Part shown: positions 24,111 to 36,668 of the stretch, piece after piece
Position numbering within the stretch: position 1 is the first letter of the stretch
Layout of the letters: every line of letters starts with the position of its first letter
Assembly: GCF_006345805.1 (NCBI RefSeq)
Contig: NC_043014.1
Span: 43,462,001-43,526,000, forward strand
From: Octopus sinensis
Taxonomy: Eukaryota
DNA length: 64,000 bases
Direction: 5' to 3'
Program-made: the position numbers and the translations under genes
The notes under the pieces: generated by a model
What the model was told of the DNA's origin: nothing
Database searches by the model: none
The model's input: the letters and a program-made list of their open reading frames with translations, nothing else

Positions 24111-25254
24111 CCTATTATTAGGAACTGTATTTTTAAAAAATATTCATTTCCTGTATTATAGAAATATAACAAGTTTATTGCACATAGATTTTAACAACAA
24201 AATCTTATATGAACCCCTGTTGAGGATCATTGATGTAGCCCATATCTACCTCATTGTCTCTTGTTATACAGCTATGGTTTAACAACCATTACAGTTAAAC
24301 ACAGCATGTCAAGAGAAGCTAGTGTGAAAGCTGGGTCAGGCAGCAAGCAAGTGTTACAACTGTGACATCACTATAGAAACAAACTATAAACAAAAGAGCA
24401 GATTGCCACTAGTTTTATTTTAAGTGTTGGCCTGACCTGACTTGACCTTTAACCTATTTCTAAGCCTTCTCACTTTTGTTCCAATATTTGACACTTTGAA
24501 TATATCTGGGTCAAAAAAAAAAGAGAAAATGTCAATTAGTATGTGAGTATTTTTAGACAGAGCTTAGCATTCTGTTTGACAGGGGGTGGGGTTAAGGGTG
24601 GGGGAGAGGTTCTTCTTTTACATTTAGATTATTCTGTCAGTTGTAATTTATCTTCTATCTCTTACCTGTTTCAGTCATTAGACAGCGGCCATGCTGGGGT
24701 ATCCCCTTGAATTTTTAGTTGAATGGATTCCCCCCTCCCACTTATTATTTTTTTCCAGCCTGGTACATATTGTTATTGATCTCTTTTGCCTAATGCCTAA
24801 GTTATCGGGACGTAAACACACCCACACCAGTTTTCAAGGGGCGGCAGGGGACATAACAGGCTTCTTTCAGTTTCCGCCTACCAAATCCACTCATGAGGCT
24901 TTGGTCAGCCTGAGGCTATGGTAGAAGACACTTGCCCAAGGTGCTACGAAGTGGGACTGAATGTGAGACCATGTGTTGATGTTTGCCTACCTCCCCCATC
25001 ACCGCTTGGCAACTGGTGTTGGTGTGTTTACATCCCCATAACTCAAGCATTTTGGCAAAAGAGACCAATAGAATAAGTCCTGGGGCCGATTTCTTAGACT
25101 AAAACCTTTTAAGACTGAAACAAATAAAAAAAAAAAAATAAAAGTATAGGTAGCACCTGCAGTTACCTTTTTAGGATATCACAATATAGCCATACAAGAA
25201 TAAAGTACTCACAAAAATACTATTGTATTCAGGGAATGATTTGTCTCATTGACC

Positions 25255-25716
25255 ATATTTCTGTTGAGATGCTCTGTGTTTCTTTCGGTTAATTTCAAAT
25301 ATGACAAAGAATTTAGTAAAATATCTTAGTTATCATTAAGCTGGTGTTAGGAACATATATTGTGACTAAGGTTTGGTGGAAGATTTTTATTCAGAACTTA
25401 TGAAAACAAGACATTTGTACTACAGGGCCAGAGGCGCTTTCAGCTGGGTTGGTATTAAAAGGGTTAAGAATTGTTTCTCTATTATATATTTTAACCTTTT
25501 CGTTATTGTATTTATTTTGAGATGCTCTGTGTTTCTTTCAATTAATTTCAAATATAACAAAGAATTTAGTAAAATAACTTAGTTATCATTAAGCTGGTGT
25601 TAGGAACATATATTGTAACTAAGGTTTGGTGGAAGATTTTTATTCAAAACTTATGAAAACAAGACATTTGTACTACAGGGCCAGAGGCGCTTTCAGCTGG
25701 GTTGGTATCGAAAGGG
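25255..25716. mobile_element. TTAA MITE dimer with the same 23-bp spacer as at 3951
   Basis: Spacer gaattgtttctctattatatatt at 25468-25490; first unit lacks its left TIR. Confidence 0.85.
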
Positions 25717-26262
25717 TTAATATTATGAAATGCAAATTAAACACCAGTTCTTATGGAGCCCCTTGGGTCTTCTGAAGGCACTTACAGCAACACTTCACAT
25801 ATTTAGATCCCTTGTCAAAGGAAGGAAATTAACACATCCCAATAAATATATTGCTTTTTACATGAAATTTTCCCCTGACACATGATGGTTTTAATTAAGA
25901 ACCTACCCTCCTTTCTTTGCTAAAATCTTTAAAAAAAGTCAAACACTTAACCCATAAGATTATCTGGCAATTTTATGTTCTTTAATTTAGTAAAATAATC
26001 CTTTCTACTACAGGCACAAGGTCTGAAATTTTGCGGGAGGGGCCTAGTTGATTGCATTGAACCCCAGTAGTTCACTAGTACTTAATTTATCCACCCCAAA
26101 AGGATGAAAGGCTAAGTCGACCTTGGCAGAAGTTGAACTCCGAACGTTTAATTTTAACCTTTTTGTGTCTATATTTTTAAGGAAATACCCTGCTTATTGC
26201 CAATATGAGATTAATCGTTTAGGATTCAAATTACTCTATTAAATGTAGACACTATTAAATAT

Positions 26263-26564
26263 GGAGGCACATGGCCTAGTGGTTAGAGCGGCGGACTCGC
26301 GGTCGAGGGATCGCGGGTTCGAATCTCAGACCGGGAGATGTGTGTGTTTATGAGCGAAACACCTAAGCTCCACGCGGCTCCGGCAGAAGGTAATGGCGAA
26401 CTTCTGCTGACTCTTTCGGCACAACTTTCTCTCACTCTTTCCTCCTGCATCTTGCAGCTCACCTGCGATGGACCGGCGTCTCGTCCAGGTGGGGAACCTA
26501 TACGCCAAAAAACCGGGAAACCGGCCCTTATGAGCCAGGCATGGCTCGAGAAGGAACAAACAAC
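26263..26564 (+). mobile_element. tRNA-derived SINE family G (related copies at 46878-47090 and 60873-61172)
   Basis: A box TGGCCTAGTGG, B box GGTTCGAATCTC, followed by a non-tRNA body and an (AAC)-type tail. Confidence 0.88.
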
Positions 26565-26887
26565 TTATATATTTACATTATTGTTAATTACTGGTACATT
26601 GTCTTGTAGCTTTGAGACTTCAATGATGTGATATCTATATGATATCTATATTACAATATTACAATAACCGATAATGTGTTGTGCATGGATAGTAGTATTA
26701 TGATCATGAAATTAGGATTAACTTATCTCACTCTTTCTCATGGAAACCCTAGGAGCCTTTTTGCGGAACCCTAGGGTTCCGGGTAACCCCAGTGGAAAAA
26801 CACTGCTCTATATGATAAATCGTTACTTAAGTATGAACACTCTAAATGGTGGCAGCCTCAGGAAAGTTGATCCTTTTATTCTCTTAT

Positions 26888-27265
26888 TCTTTTACTTGTT
26901 TCAGTCATTTGACTGTGGCCATGCTGGAGCACTGCATTCAGGCGAACAAATCGATCCCAGGACTTATTCTTTGTTAACCTAGTATGTATTCTATTGGTCT
27001 CTTTTGCCAAACCGCTAAGTTACAGGAATGTAAATATATCAGCATTGGTTGTCATGCAGTGGTGGGGGGACACAGACACAGAAACATACACACACACGCA
27101 CGCACACACACAGTCTTCTTTCAGTTTCCGTCTACCAAATCCACTCACAAGGCTTTGGTCGGCCCAAGGCTATAGTAGAAGACACTTGGCCAAGGTGTCA
27201 CACTGTGGGACTGAACCCGGAACCATGTGGTTGGGAAGCAAACTACTTACCACACAGCCACTCCT
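26888..27265 (-). mobile_element. SINE family B
   Basis: Reverse-complement family motifs. Confidence 0.85.
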
Positions 27266-27352
27266 GTGCTTGTTTCTTGTTCCCTTGGCGTTAAATTTAA
27301 TAATCCTTTTTCTATCATCTGTCACATGTTTTAGCTTAGTAAAAGTGACGGT

Positions 27353-27418
<66 letters not shown>

Positions 27419-28119
27419 CAGACAGACAGAGAGAGAGAGAGATGCTCTTTCAAGTACATTCAACTTGAAAATATAATATTACATTACAAGCACTAGAGTT
27501 GGTGTAAAAAAAGTCAGCTAATCTGAGTTCTGGGGTCCACTTCCACTGCCAGACTTCTAAAGCTCTACCAAATCTCTCTTTCTCTGTGGTTAATCAAGTA
27601 CAAATTTACTGATGGAACCAGAATCCAATCAGCCTAGCTTATAGCCGACACTTTCTTCTTACTGATTTATAGTTGTTGAGAGATATTTTACCAAGAAATA
27701 TGTTATATTGATTACTGTCCAGCCTAGCGTGGATAGGTTTTCTCTAAACCTATAAACTATGTGTCCTTATTATTATTATTATAATTCTCCTTTATTTTTC
27801 TTGCTGTTGTCTTTTTCTTCCCTTCTAGTCTTCTACCATCAATTCATTCCTTTTATTATCATCAGGTTTGTCCCTTTCTCCTATGTCCTTTATCAACTCC
27901 TACTGTTCGCCCCACCCCCCTCCCATGCATACACTTTGAATTTGTTTTTTATTATTTTATTTTAACTTTGTTTTTTACCTTCACTGTATTATTCTTTAGG
28001 CATTTGTTTTTTTGTTGTTTTTTTTTTATCTAAGGGCTGTTGTTCTTTCTTTTCTAATGTTGGTGCCTGTTGCCACACCTACAGCCACCACCAAATCTTC
28101 CACCCACATCATGACAAAA

Positions 28120-28186
28120 TCCACCACCACCACCACCACTGCCACCGCCACCACTACTACTACCACTACTACTATTGCTGCTGCTG

Positions 28187-28229
<43 letters not shown>

Positions 28230-28233
28230 CACC

Positions 28234-28274
<41 letters not shown>

Positions 28275-28725
28275 CACTACTACTATTGCTACTACTACTA
28301 CCACCAATTCTTCTATGGCTGTCTTTTCCTCTTGTCCTATTCCTTTTCATTCTGTCATTGTTTTACTTTTCCTTTTCTTCATCTTCTTTCCTTTCTTTCT
28401 CCCCCCCCACCTTTGTCCTGTTTTGTTTACCTTTTCACTTGTTCTTTACTTTCTCTTTAATGTCTTCTCTTTCCTATTTTATCATATCATTCCTCCATTC
28501 CCCCCTCTTTGTATGTATGTATGTTGTCTATCTATCTATCTATATCTATCTATCACTTCCCTCCACCGTTATTCTATCTATCTATCTACTGTTATTCTAT
28601 CTATCTAACTGTCTGTCTGTCTATCTATCTATATATCTATCTATCTATCAATATCTATCTATAACTTCCCTCTACTGTTATTCTATCTATCTATTTATCT
28701 ATCTATCACTTACCTCTACTGTTAT

Positions 28726-28777
<52 letters not shown>

Positions 28778-28910
28778 CCTACCTACCTACCTACCTACCT
28801 ACCTACCTACTACCTACCTACCTACCTACCTACCTATCTATCTATCTATCTATCTATCTATCAATTAATATCTATCTATAACTTCCCTCTACTGTTATTC
28901 TATCTCTCTC

Positions 28911-28959
<49 letters not shown>

Positions 28960-28970
28960 AACTTCCCTCT
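28120..28970. repeat. (ACC/ACT)n followed by (TCTA/CCTA)n microsatellite block
   Basis: Direct reading; source of the poly-T, poly-V and LSIY ORFs. Confidence 0.95.
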
Positions 28971-29397
28971 ACTGTTATCTTGATTATTTTTAAAATCAAA
29001 TCAATAGCCAGATAATATGGTTGCAGAAACCTGATACAAGAACGTAGGGGTGGTCGTGGTCAGGGTAAGTTTATGCACAGCTGAAGCTTATAAAAGCATT
29101 TACCTTTGTTCCACTGAAAACCTCGTTACGTTACCGATCAAGCAAACAAAAACCTCTGATCATTCCTGTTACACTCGAATATGACAAAATCAAATTCACT
29201 TGCAGCCTGTATTTTAAACTATGCATTGGACCAACGGCCCTCAACCAGAGCCCTATATGACCCCCAGGGGTCCATGAAAACAATTTTTATTTAGATGTGA
29301 TTATTGCAAGAAGCAGCTATGTTTCTTTAATGTCTGAAAAGCAAACTAGGAATTTTTGAAAGAAGTATCTGTAAAATTCTGTAAAACTAGCGTTTAG

Positions 29398-29616
29398 CCC
29401 TTTAGTATTTAAACCGGCCATATCCGGCTGAAATGGTTAATCTGCTTTATGTTCAAACTGACCAGATCCAGGCTCTCACACCTACCCTACAATGTTATTC
29501 TATATTAAGTAATTACACCATCAAGATCTTGAAGATATGAGATAATGCATGATTAATTCAAATCAATGGGAATCAATAGGTATTATGTTTGATTGAATAA
29601 TCTGAACACTAAGGGG
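29398..29616. mobile_element. Second TTAA-MITE family, nested in a hAT-type MITE (~29235-29682); close copy at 58054-58272
   Basis: CCCTTTAGT...ACTAAGGGG-TTAA; host element ends gggttgagaatcactg. Confidence 0.75.
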
Positions 29617-29758
29617 TTAAATATCAAATGGCTATGGGGGTTCACCAGAGTGAAATGGTAATCAAAGGGTTGAGAATCACTGCATGCGGGGCAAGACCCG
29701 TCTTACTACTTGGCTCTCAACCATCTTTTCCTGAATCTAGTTGTATGTATTGTTATAT

Positions 29759-30025
29759 CACCGTGATCACGTGACCGACCAGGCTATCAAATGTTGCTAC
29801 ACATCGCTGGTCACAATGGCTAAGCGAGCAGGCCAACAGAAGAAAGAGTGGGAGAAAGTTGCGGCGAAAGAGTACAGCAGGGGTCGCCACCACCCCTGCC
29901 GGAGCCTCGTGGAGCTTTAGGTGTTTTCGCTCAATAAACACACACAACGCCCGGTCTGGGAATCGAAACCGCGATCCTCCGACCGTGAGTCCACTGCCCT
30001 AACCACTGGGCCATTGCGCCTCCAC
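29759..30025 (-). mobile_element. tRNA-derived SINE (G-related) with 14-bp TSD ATGTATTGTTATAT
   Basis: TSD at 29745-58 and 30026-39; A box TGGCCCAGTGG and B box GGTTTCGATTCC on minus. Confidence 0.88.
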
Positions 30026-30239
30026 ATGTATTGTTATATATGGAAACATAATATTAACTAACTCCTTTAGTATTCAGATTACTTTGTCAAATTTAATGCT
30101 TAATTAATTTTAAATCTATCATTCATTATCTTGTAGCTTCAAGATGTTAACGATGTGAAATTTTTATTTTTAGAATGACATTGTAAGGTAGGTGTGAGAG
30201 GCAAGATCTGGCTGGTATGAACATAAAACGGGTAAAATG

Positions 30240-31510
30240 GTGAATCTGTTATTTAGTAATCAAATGTGTAAAAAAGTAATAATGGTTGACTGACATCCTA
30301 TGAAATTTCTAAAATGATAGCAAAGGTTGGGAAACCCCATAATATTGGTGAAACTAATTTTGCCAGTGGTATCTGTTATAATTTCATCATTTATGAAACA
30401 AAATGCTAATAAAATTACTTGTAAGATTCCTTTAAGCGACTCATCAGTGTCACGGTGCATTGCTTAAATGGCTAAGATGTTGAAAAGCAACTAGGGATTT
30501 TTTCAGTTTGAACGGCAGTTTTTAACATAATTTCTAGGTAACTAAAAAATTTTAAACTTCGTATACTGGTAGAATGTGTTTATAAAACATCTTTTTCTCT
30601 TGGCTTTATTGAGAAAATTCTATAGTTTGTAAGATATTTGTTGTTTTTTTTTCTTCTTCAATTTCTGCAATTTCAACCAATCAATGACGTCCATTGAGGT
30701 AACAAAAACATTCTGTGCCGTATGAATATGTCCCTTGTTTAAGAAATAGATTGAGTTTATTTACATTTCTGAAGAAAAAAAGATACCCTTCCCCCCATCC
30801 CTAACTAACCCTAACCCTAAAACAGATTGAAATGCAATAGATCGATACTAGGGTCATAATTATGGGTGACAATTTCACATGACACCGCTAGAAAAAACTG
30901 CCGTTCAAACCGAAAAGATCCGCAACTAGTAGTCAAGTACAGAAATTTCCTTTTCAACCTGATTAATCTACTCTGAGAGGTTAGCAAAGATATTTTATTG
31001 ACATACGATCATTTTTGGGTGATAATGAATTCAGAGAAGAAATGTTTTTTGCTAGATGTCTTAAAACAGACAGACACTAAAGGCAAAACAATTTTCAAAA
31101 ATGTAACTTATTTTAAGGAACATAATATTCCCCTCAGAAATATAATATCTTGTGCTAATGACAGGGTTCCGTCATGATTGGCAGATACAGAGGTTTTATT
31201 GCCTGTTTAGTAAATTCTGTATTTTGTATACACTGTGTGATAACACCAGTAACACTTGCTTGTAAAACAATTAAGTGCACATCTGCACAATGTCCTTAAT
31301 ATTGTAATATTATTTACAAGAACACATCGTTCATGAATTCTGTAACCAAAATGAAGAGTTTGGAGGTTTTGTGATTCATACAGAGATGAGATGGTTATCA
31401 AAATGTAATTGTCTGTCACTTATTTTTTACACTTTGGTACACCATTGTCTCATTCCTGGCCAACAACAATCTCAGCAAACAAATGGTTGCAGCTAAATGT
31501 GATATATATA
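30240..31510 (+). pseudogene. Decayed hAT (Buster/Charlie/ZBED5-like) transposase, split by a MITE and cut off by CR1
   Basis: Frameshifted translation gives SYEISKMIAKVGKPHNIGE, KIPLSDSSVSR, EKQLV, YFKEHNIPLRNIISCAND, GRYRGFIA, CIHCVI (31225-42, CxxH-type motif) and HTEMRWLSK (31377-31403). Confidence 0.88.
30495..30921. mobile_element. GG-terminated MITE with 8-bp TSD GCAACTAG (Merlin-like)
   Basis: TIR GGATCTTTTCGGTTTGAACGGCAG (left copy slightly decayed); TSD at 30487-94 and 30922-29. Confidence 0.85.
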
Positions 31511-32032
31511 TAAGTTAAGTTAAGTTAATTTTTTGGCTCAAAAAGCAAAAAGCAAGGCCATGTAGGGGGACATGGAGTTATGTACAGGGTGGTGTTCATG
31601 CAAAGAGTTCAGGCCATTTCTGGTCCAGGGAGACTTTGTACCGAGCGGTCGTCGGCATCTTCACTATCTCATCCGGCAGCTTATTACATGGATCCGCAAC
31701 CCAGACTAGAAAGCCCCTCTCCTTCGATTGAGATGAAATCGTCGCAGATAAAGCTTTTCGGAGTGACACCGCAGCCTACGCTCTGGAGCAGGAGTGAAGA
31801 GCAGCTCTTTCTTGAGGTTACACTTTCCGTTTATGATGTTGTGAGCAAGAATGAGATCACCACGGTGGCGTCGTTTTTCTAGAGAATAAAGGTTGAGCGT
31901 CTTCAGCCTTTCTTCATAAGACAAATGCTTGAGACCAAGAACCATGCGGGTAGCCAGCTTCTGGACTCTTTCGAGATGATGTATGTCTTTGAGGAGATAA
32001 GGAGAATCCCGTACTCCAATATGGGTCTAACC
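31511..32032 (-). mobile_element. 5'-truncated CR1-clade LINE (ORF2 C-terminus, 3' UTR, (ACTTA)n tail)
   Basis: VRPILEYG...HLERVQKLATRMVLGLKHLSYEERLKTLNLYSLEKRRHRGDL...RCHSEKL; (taagt)n at 31511-28. Confidence 0.92.
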
Positions 32033-32037
32033 AATGA

Positions 32038-32259
32038 TTTGACAAGATCAGTAAATATAAAGACTTGCTAATAGAAATTGAAAAAATGTGGCATCTCAAG
32101 GTGACTACAGTACCACTGATTGTAGGATCTCTAGGAATGATAAAAAATGGTACTGAAATCTATTTGAAAATGATACCAGGCTTACCATCCCTACAGGAAG
32201 TGCAAAAAATCATGTTAACTGGAACGACTCATGCACTGAGAAGAGCATTATCGCTGTGA
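32038..32259 (+). mobile_element. 3' fragment of an RLE-type non-LTR retrotransposon (restriction-like endonuclease C-terminus)
   Basis: Open frame FDKISKYKDLLIEIEKMWHLKVTTVPLIVGSLGMI...VQKIMLTGTTHALRRALSL*, the K-x-x-K-Y and V-G-x-L-G pattern of NeSL/R4/HERO-type elements. Confidence 0.85.
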
Positions 32260-32299
32260 AAACAACATCCATTCATGAATTTATTTCTCTCTCTTTTCT

Positions 32300-32645
32300 C
32301 TTTTACTTGTTTCAGTCATTTGACTGCGGCCATGCTGGAGCACTGCCTTTAGTCAAGGAAATCGACCCCGGGACTTATTCTTTGTAAGCCCAGTACTTAT
32401 TCTATTGGTCTCTTTTGCTGAACCGCTAAGTAATGGGGATGTAAACACACCCGCATCGGTTGTCAAGCAATGCTAGGGGGACAAACACAAACACACACAC
32501 ATATATATATATACATATATACAACGGGCTTCTTTCAGTTTCCATCTACCAAATCCACTCAAAAGGCATTGGTCAGCCCGGGGCTATAGCAGAAGACATT
32601 TGCCCAAGGTGCCACGCAGTGGGACTGAACCCGGAACCATGTTGG
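32300..32645 (-). mobile_element. SINE family B
   Basis: Reverse-complement family motifs. Confidence 0.88.
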
Positions 32646-34020
32646 AGAACTGTTACAAAAGGTTTGCCAACTTGGCATTGCTAGAATAATCAGGAAAGTA
32701 TTAGATAACTGAAAAGAATGGATAGCATGGTACATGATGATGATGATGATGGTGGAGAGGTGGCAGAATTGTGGTTTCAATTCTTGGATCGGGTGGTGCG
32801 TTGTTGTTCTTGAGCGAAACACTTCGTTTCATGTTACTCCATTCCACTCAACTTTCAAAAATGAGTATTTCCTGTGATAGAGTGGCATCCTGTTAGGGGT
32901 GGGGGTGGGTGGGGGATATATGTACCATAGAAACCCCGGAAGCCAGCTAGCTCTATGAGTCTATATAACCCAGGAAGGATTTATTATTGTTTAGTCCCAG
33001 GGCAACCCAAATCCAGAGCTGTGATGATCAAATGTGTTTCAGCTGTGGCCATCCAATCTGGTTTCCCTCGTTCTATAGGATTATGTTATCCATTGTGTCC
33101 TTACTTATATTTTTTTTAAGACAGTAGAAGAAATTTTTAAGAGATTTGGTTGTTATTTCCAGCAGGTTGAGTAACCACATCAAGCTTTTGTTATTGATTT
33201 GATTGGTAACATGTTGGATTAAGATATTTTATAAGAGCTGTGAGGAGTGGTTTTTAATTTGATATAAGATACCGAAATGTAATAATACACTTCTGGAAGA
33301 GATTAAATGATAGTATGTAATTTCATACCTACAGGTGCTGGACACAGGAGTTGTAGGTAGGGGCCAGCTTGCAAACTTCTAAGAAATCATTCATTCTGCT
33401 CGAAACAACAGCCAAATCTCTCTTAAATCACAAACACACCATTTTATAAAAACAAAAAAAGAGCACATGGATAATGTAATATTCTGATATCTTATCTTTT
33501 ACTTGTTTCAGTCATTAGACTGTGGCCATACTGGGGCACCACCTTGAAGAATTTTAGTCAAGTGAATTTGACTCACCTAGTGCCTCTGAAAAAAAAAGGA
33601 GTGATTATAACTGGAATATTGGGGCTAACCCTTGTGCTACTAAATTTTTATTTTGAAATACACTGCCCTTGTTTTAATTAATTTTTGCAGAAATTATTAA
33701 AATATCTTTGTCATTGTTAACCTGGTGTTTGGAACATTAATTAACATGAAATTTTGATTAAAGCTTTTAATTCGGGTCACTTTAAAACATGAAGTTTATA
33801 TATCACAGAACCAGAGGCAGTCTCAGACAGGTTGGTATTGAAAGGGTTAATTAACCCACGACATGGGTTAACATTATTCAACTGTAGGTGATGCGTCCCT
33901 AACCTTAGGTTTACCTTATTGTGTAGGGATATGTGCTTTGCTACATTCTGAGTTCAAATTTTGCTAGGGTTTCCTTTGTCATTCACGCCACAGCAGGGGC
34001 CAATGAAATTAGTACTAGTG

Positions 34021-34188
34021 CAGTGGTTCCCAACCTTTTCACTACCAAGGACCCCTTTTATTGAAATGAGTTTTCCCGACAGACCCCAGGATTTTGAAGG
34101 GTCTGTCAGCTTAACATGTTCATGGACCTCCCAGTACTACCTTTGCGGAACCACCAGGGGTCTGTGGACCACATGTTGGGAACCACTG
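34021..34188. mobile_element. hAT/MER5-like MITE
   Basis: TIR CAGTGGTTCCCAAC / GTTGGGAACCACTG; the putative 8-bp TSD is degenerate. Confidence 0.75.
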
Positions 34189-34266
34189 CACTACTCCACT
34201 GGAGCGGACGCAAGCGCTAATATATGATATATATGATTTATAAAAACATATGACATATTAATGTGA

Positions 34267-34485
34267 CATTGTTGTAGAGCTGAAAAAGAGGTAATTTCTA
34301 CTCTCCTCCTCTGGAAGCCATCTACTCGCAATGCCAGAGGGCGCACACTCTCCTACCCTGATGTAATCTCCAGGGATACAGGCATCCAGCAACAGGACCT
34401 CCGTAATGCCATGATGGACCGTGAAGTCTGGTGTAGCATAGTAAATTCCATTGTCTCGACCACGGTCGAACAATGATGATGATCT
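34267..34485 (+). mobile_element. 3' fragment of an RTE-clade LINE (ORF2 end plus (TGA)n tail)
   Basis: Uninterrupted frame HCCRAEKEVISTLLLWKP...RGRTLSYPDVISRDTGIQQQDLRNAMMDREVW...EQ* at 34267-34476. Confidence 0.85.
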
Positions 34486-34561
34486 GTAAATATAAAACCA
34501 TCAATATTTCTGAGTACCTTATTTCTTCTAATATACAATACCTGTACATCATCTCCAAACC

Positions 34562-34634
<73 letters not shown>

Positions 34635-35220
34635 GATGATGTATAAAACAAAAGCAGGAAATTGGAAATATTTTCGTTATACAATAACTCTACAAATAAA
34701 ATTTCCATAAGTCTCAATTTTAATATGCATTTTGAACTAACATACAGCATCAACTGAGACTACATAATGTATTGTAATAATGGAATAAGCAGATGTGCTT
34801 CAAGAGGAAACCACACATACATCATACATCATACACATGATTACACTTAATCAGGCAAAGGGCTGTCATTTTGTAGAGGAACTTTCAGAGCTGGCTATTC
34901 TTACCGATTTCATCTTCAGCTATTAATTATTATTTCCACTGTGGGAGTGAAAAGTAAAACTTAGGGTCTTGGAAGACATTTTATAAAATACCATTGCTGA
35001 TAATGACCAGAATCGATTATTTCAGGAAGCCAACTGCAATATTTTTCTTCTATATTAATTTACCCAATTAAAATTGAGCACTGACTTAATTGCAGGACAC
35101 TTCATTTCACATTGTCACACCATACGAAGCTGCAGGGAGAATAAGTATCAAATTGTTCTCGAGAAAGCTACCTTAATTGCTCTTCCAGTTGATAATATTG
35201 TTGGCATCTGTTAACTTCAT

Positions 35221-35556
35221 TATTTACATTCGATGGCTATTTGTCCTCATCTTGTTTGTTGATAACACGTTTCAGCTGATATACCCCCCAGCCTTCATCA
35301 GGTGTCTTGGGGAAATTTCGAACGTGAGTTCTCATTCCTAAGGTATTTTTTTATGTTGCTGCTGCTGCTATTATTATTATTATTATCATCACCATCATCA
35401 TCATCATCATCATCATTATTATTAGTCACTGCTTGGAATCGAACTCAGAATTTTGGGGTTAGCAGCCCGCGCTCTTAACCTCTACGCTATATGCCTGTCA
35501 AGTGTAAATAATGTAAATAATGCACATGATTCCTCATCTCTTAAATATAGAACTGT
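35221..35556 (-). mobile_element. tRNA-headed retroposon carrying a hammerhead motif (copy 2), 15-bp TSD ATCTGTTAACTTCAT
   Basis: TSD at 35206-20 and 35557-71; A box ~35479-89, B box 35435-46 (GAGTTCGATTCC on minus); same leader and tail as the 23421 copy. Confidence 0.85.
35263..35309 (-). ncRNA. Minimal type I hammerhead motif with intact core
   Basis: Minus strand ACAC-CTGATGA-A-GGCTG[loop]CAGCT-GAAA-CGT-GTT; a small deletion near the cleavage site and stem I probably impairs this copy. Confidence 0.65.
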
Positions 35557-36572
35557 ATCTGTTAACTTCATCGGAAACTGTGTTGAAACAATTTGTACTT
35601 GGAAACACTTTCAAGGACACTGCCAAATGGAACTTATGTTATTGGTCGCTTTTGCCGAACCGCTAAGTTATGGGGACATAAACACACCAACATTGGTTGT
35701 CAAGCAATGCATACATATATATATCTTTATATATACACACACACAGTTTCCATCTACCAAATTCACTCACAAGGCTTTGGTCAGCCTGAGACTATAGTAG
35801 AAAACATTTGCCCAAGGTACCATGCAGTGGGACTGAATCCGGGACCATGTGGTTGGTAAGCAAGGCTACTTACCACACAGCCACTCCTGCTGGAAATTCA
35901 GTCATGTTATTGGTTGAATTGTCTGGCTGTGTGGTTAAGAAGCTTTTTTTAACAACCATGCAGTATCAGGTTCAATCCTTTCGTATGGCATCTTGAGCAA
36001 CTGTCTTCTAGTATAGTTGAAATTTATAGAAAAATAAAAGATGAAGACAGGTGTATGAACAACAAGCAGGTGTATTAATTTGATGCTTGGGGAAAATATA
36101 AAAAAATTTTTTACATTTCTAGCCTATGCTCTTCAACAATAAGAGATAAGAGAAAATAAACAGGGAGAGAATAAAAGAACCTGTGGATTTAGTGGTCAAG
36201 CATGGTGACTGGGCATCTTCTAGTATATCTTTGAGCTGATCAAAGCCTTGTGAATGAATTTGATTGGTGGAAACTGAAAGAATCCGATGTGGGTGTGTTT
36301 GTATATATTTCTCTTTGTCTTGGACTTTTTGGTATAGGGCCAGCAATTTCCCGAAGAGGTGGTAAGTCAGTTACACTGACTCCAGTACTTGATGAGTACT
36401 TTGTTTTTATATTGGCCCCGTGAAGATATGAAAAGCCAAGTTGACCTTGACACTGTTTGAACCTAGAACATAAAGAGCCACCAACAAATGAACCAATATT
36501 GCAAGAATTTTTTTCCCGATGCTCTAATGATTGTTCCAATTTGATACCCTACGGCAATGATGATGACAACAA

Positions 36573-36668
<96 letters not shown>

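Noticed and set aside
26263-26335. tRNA gene (also other A/B-box heads)
   Set aside because: It continues into a repeated SINE body and tail and shows no complete cloverleaf.
30795-30825. TTAGGG repeats as an interstitial telomere
   Set aside because: Only 2-3 units, and they are part of the MITE (also at ~39553 and ~49510).
31445-31500. Upstream continuation of the RLE-LINE across the CR1 insertion
   Set aside because: It reads better as hAT transposase (LWYTIVSFLANNNLSKQMVAAKCDI) following the RWLSK motif.
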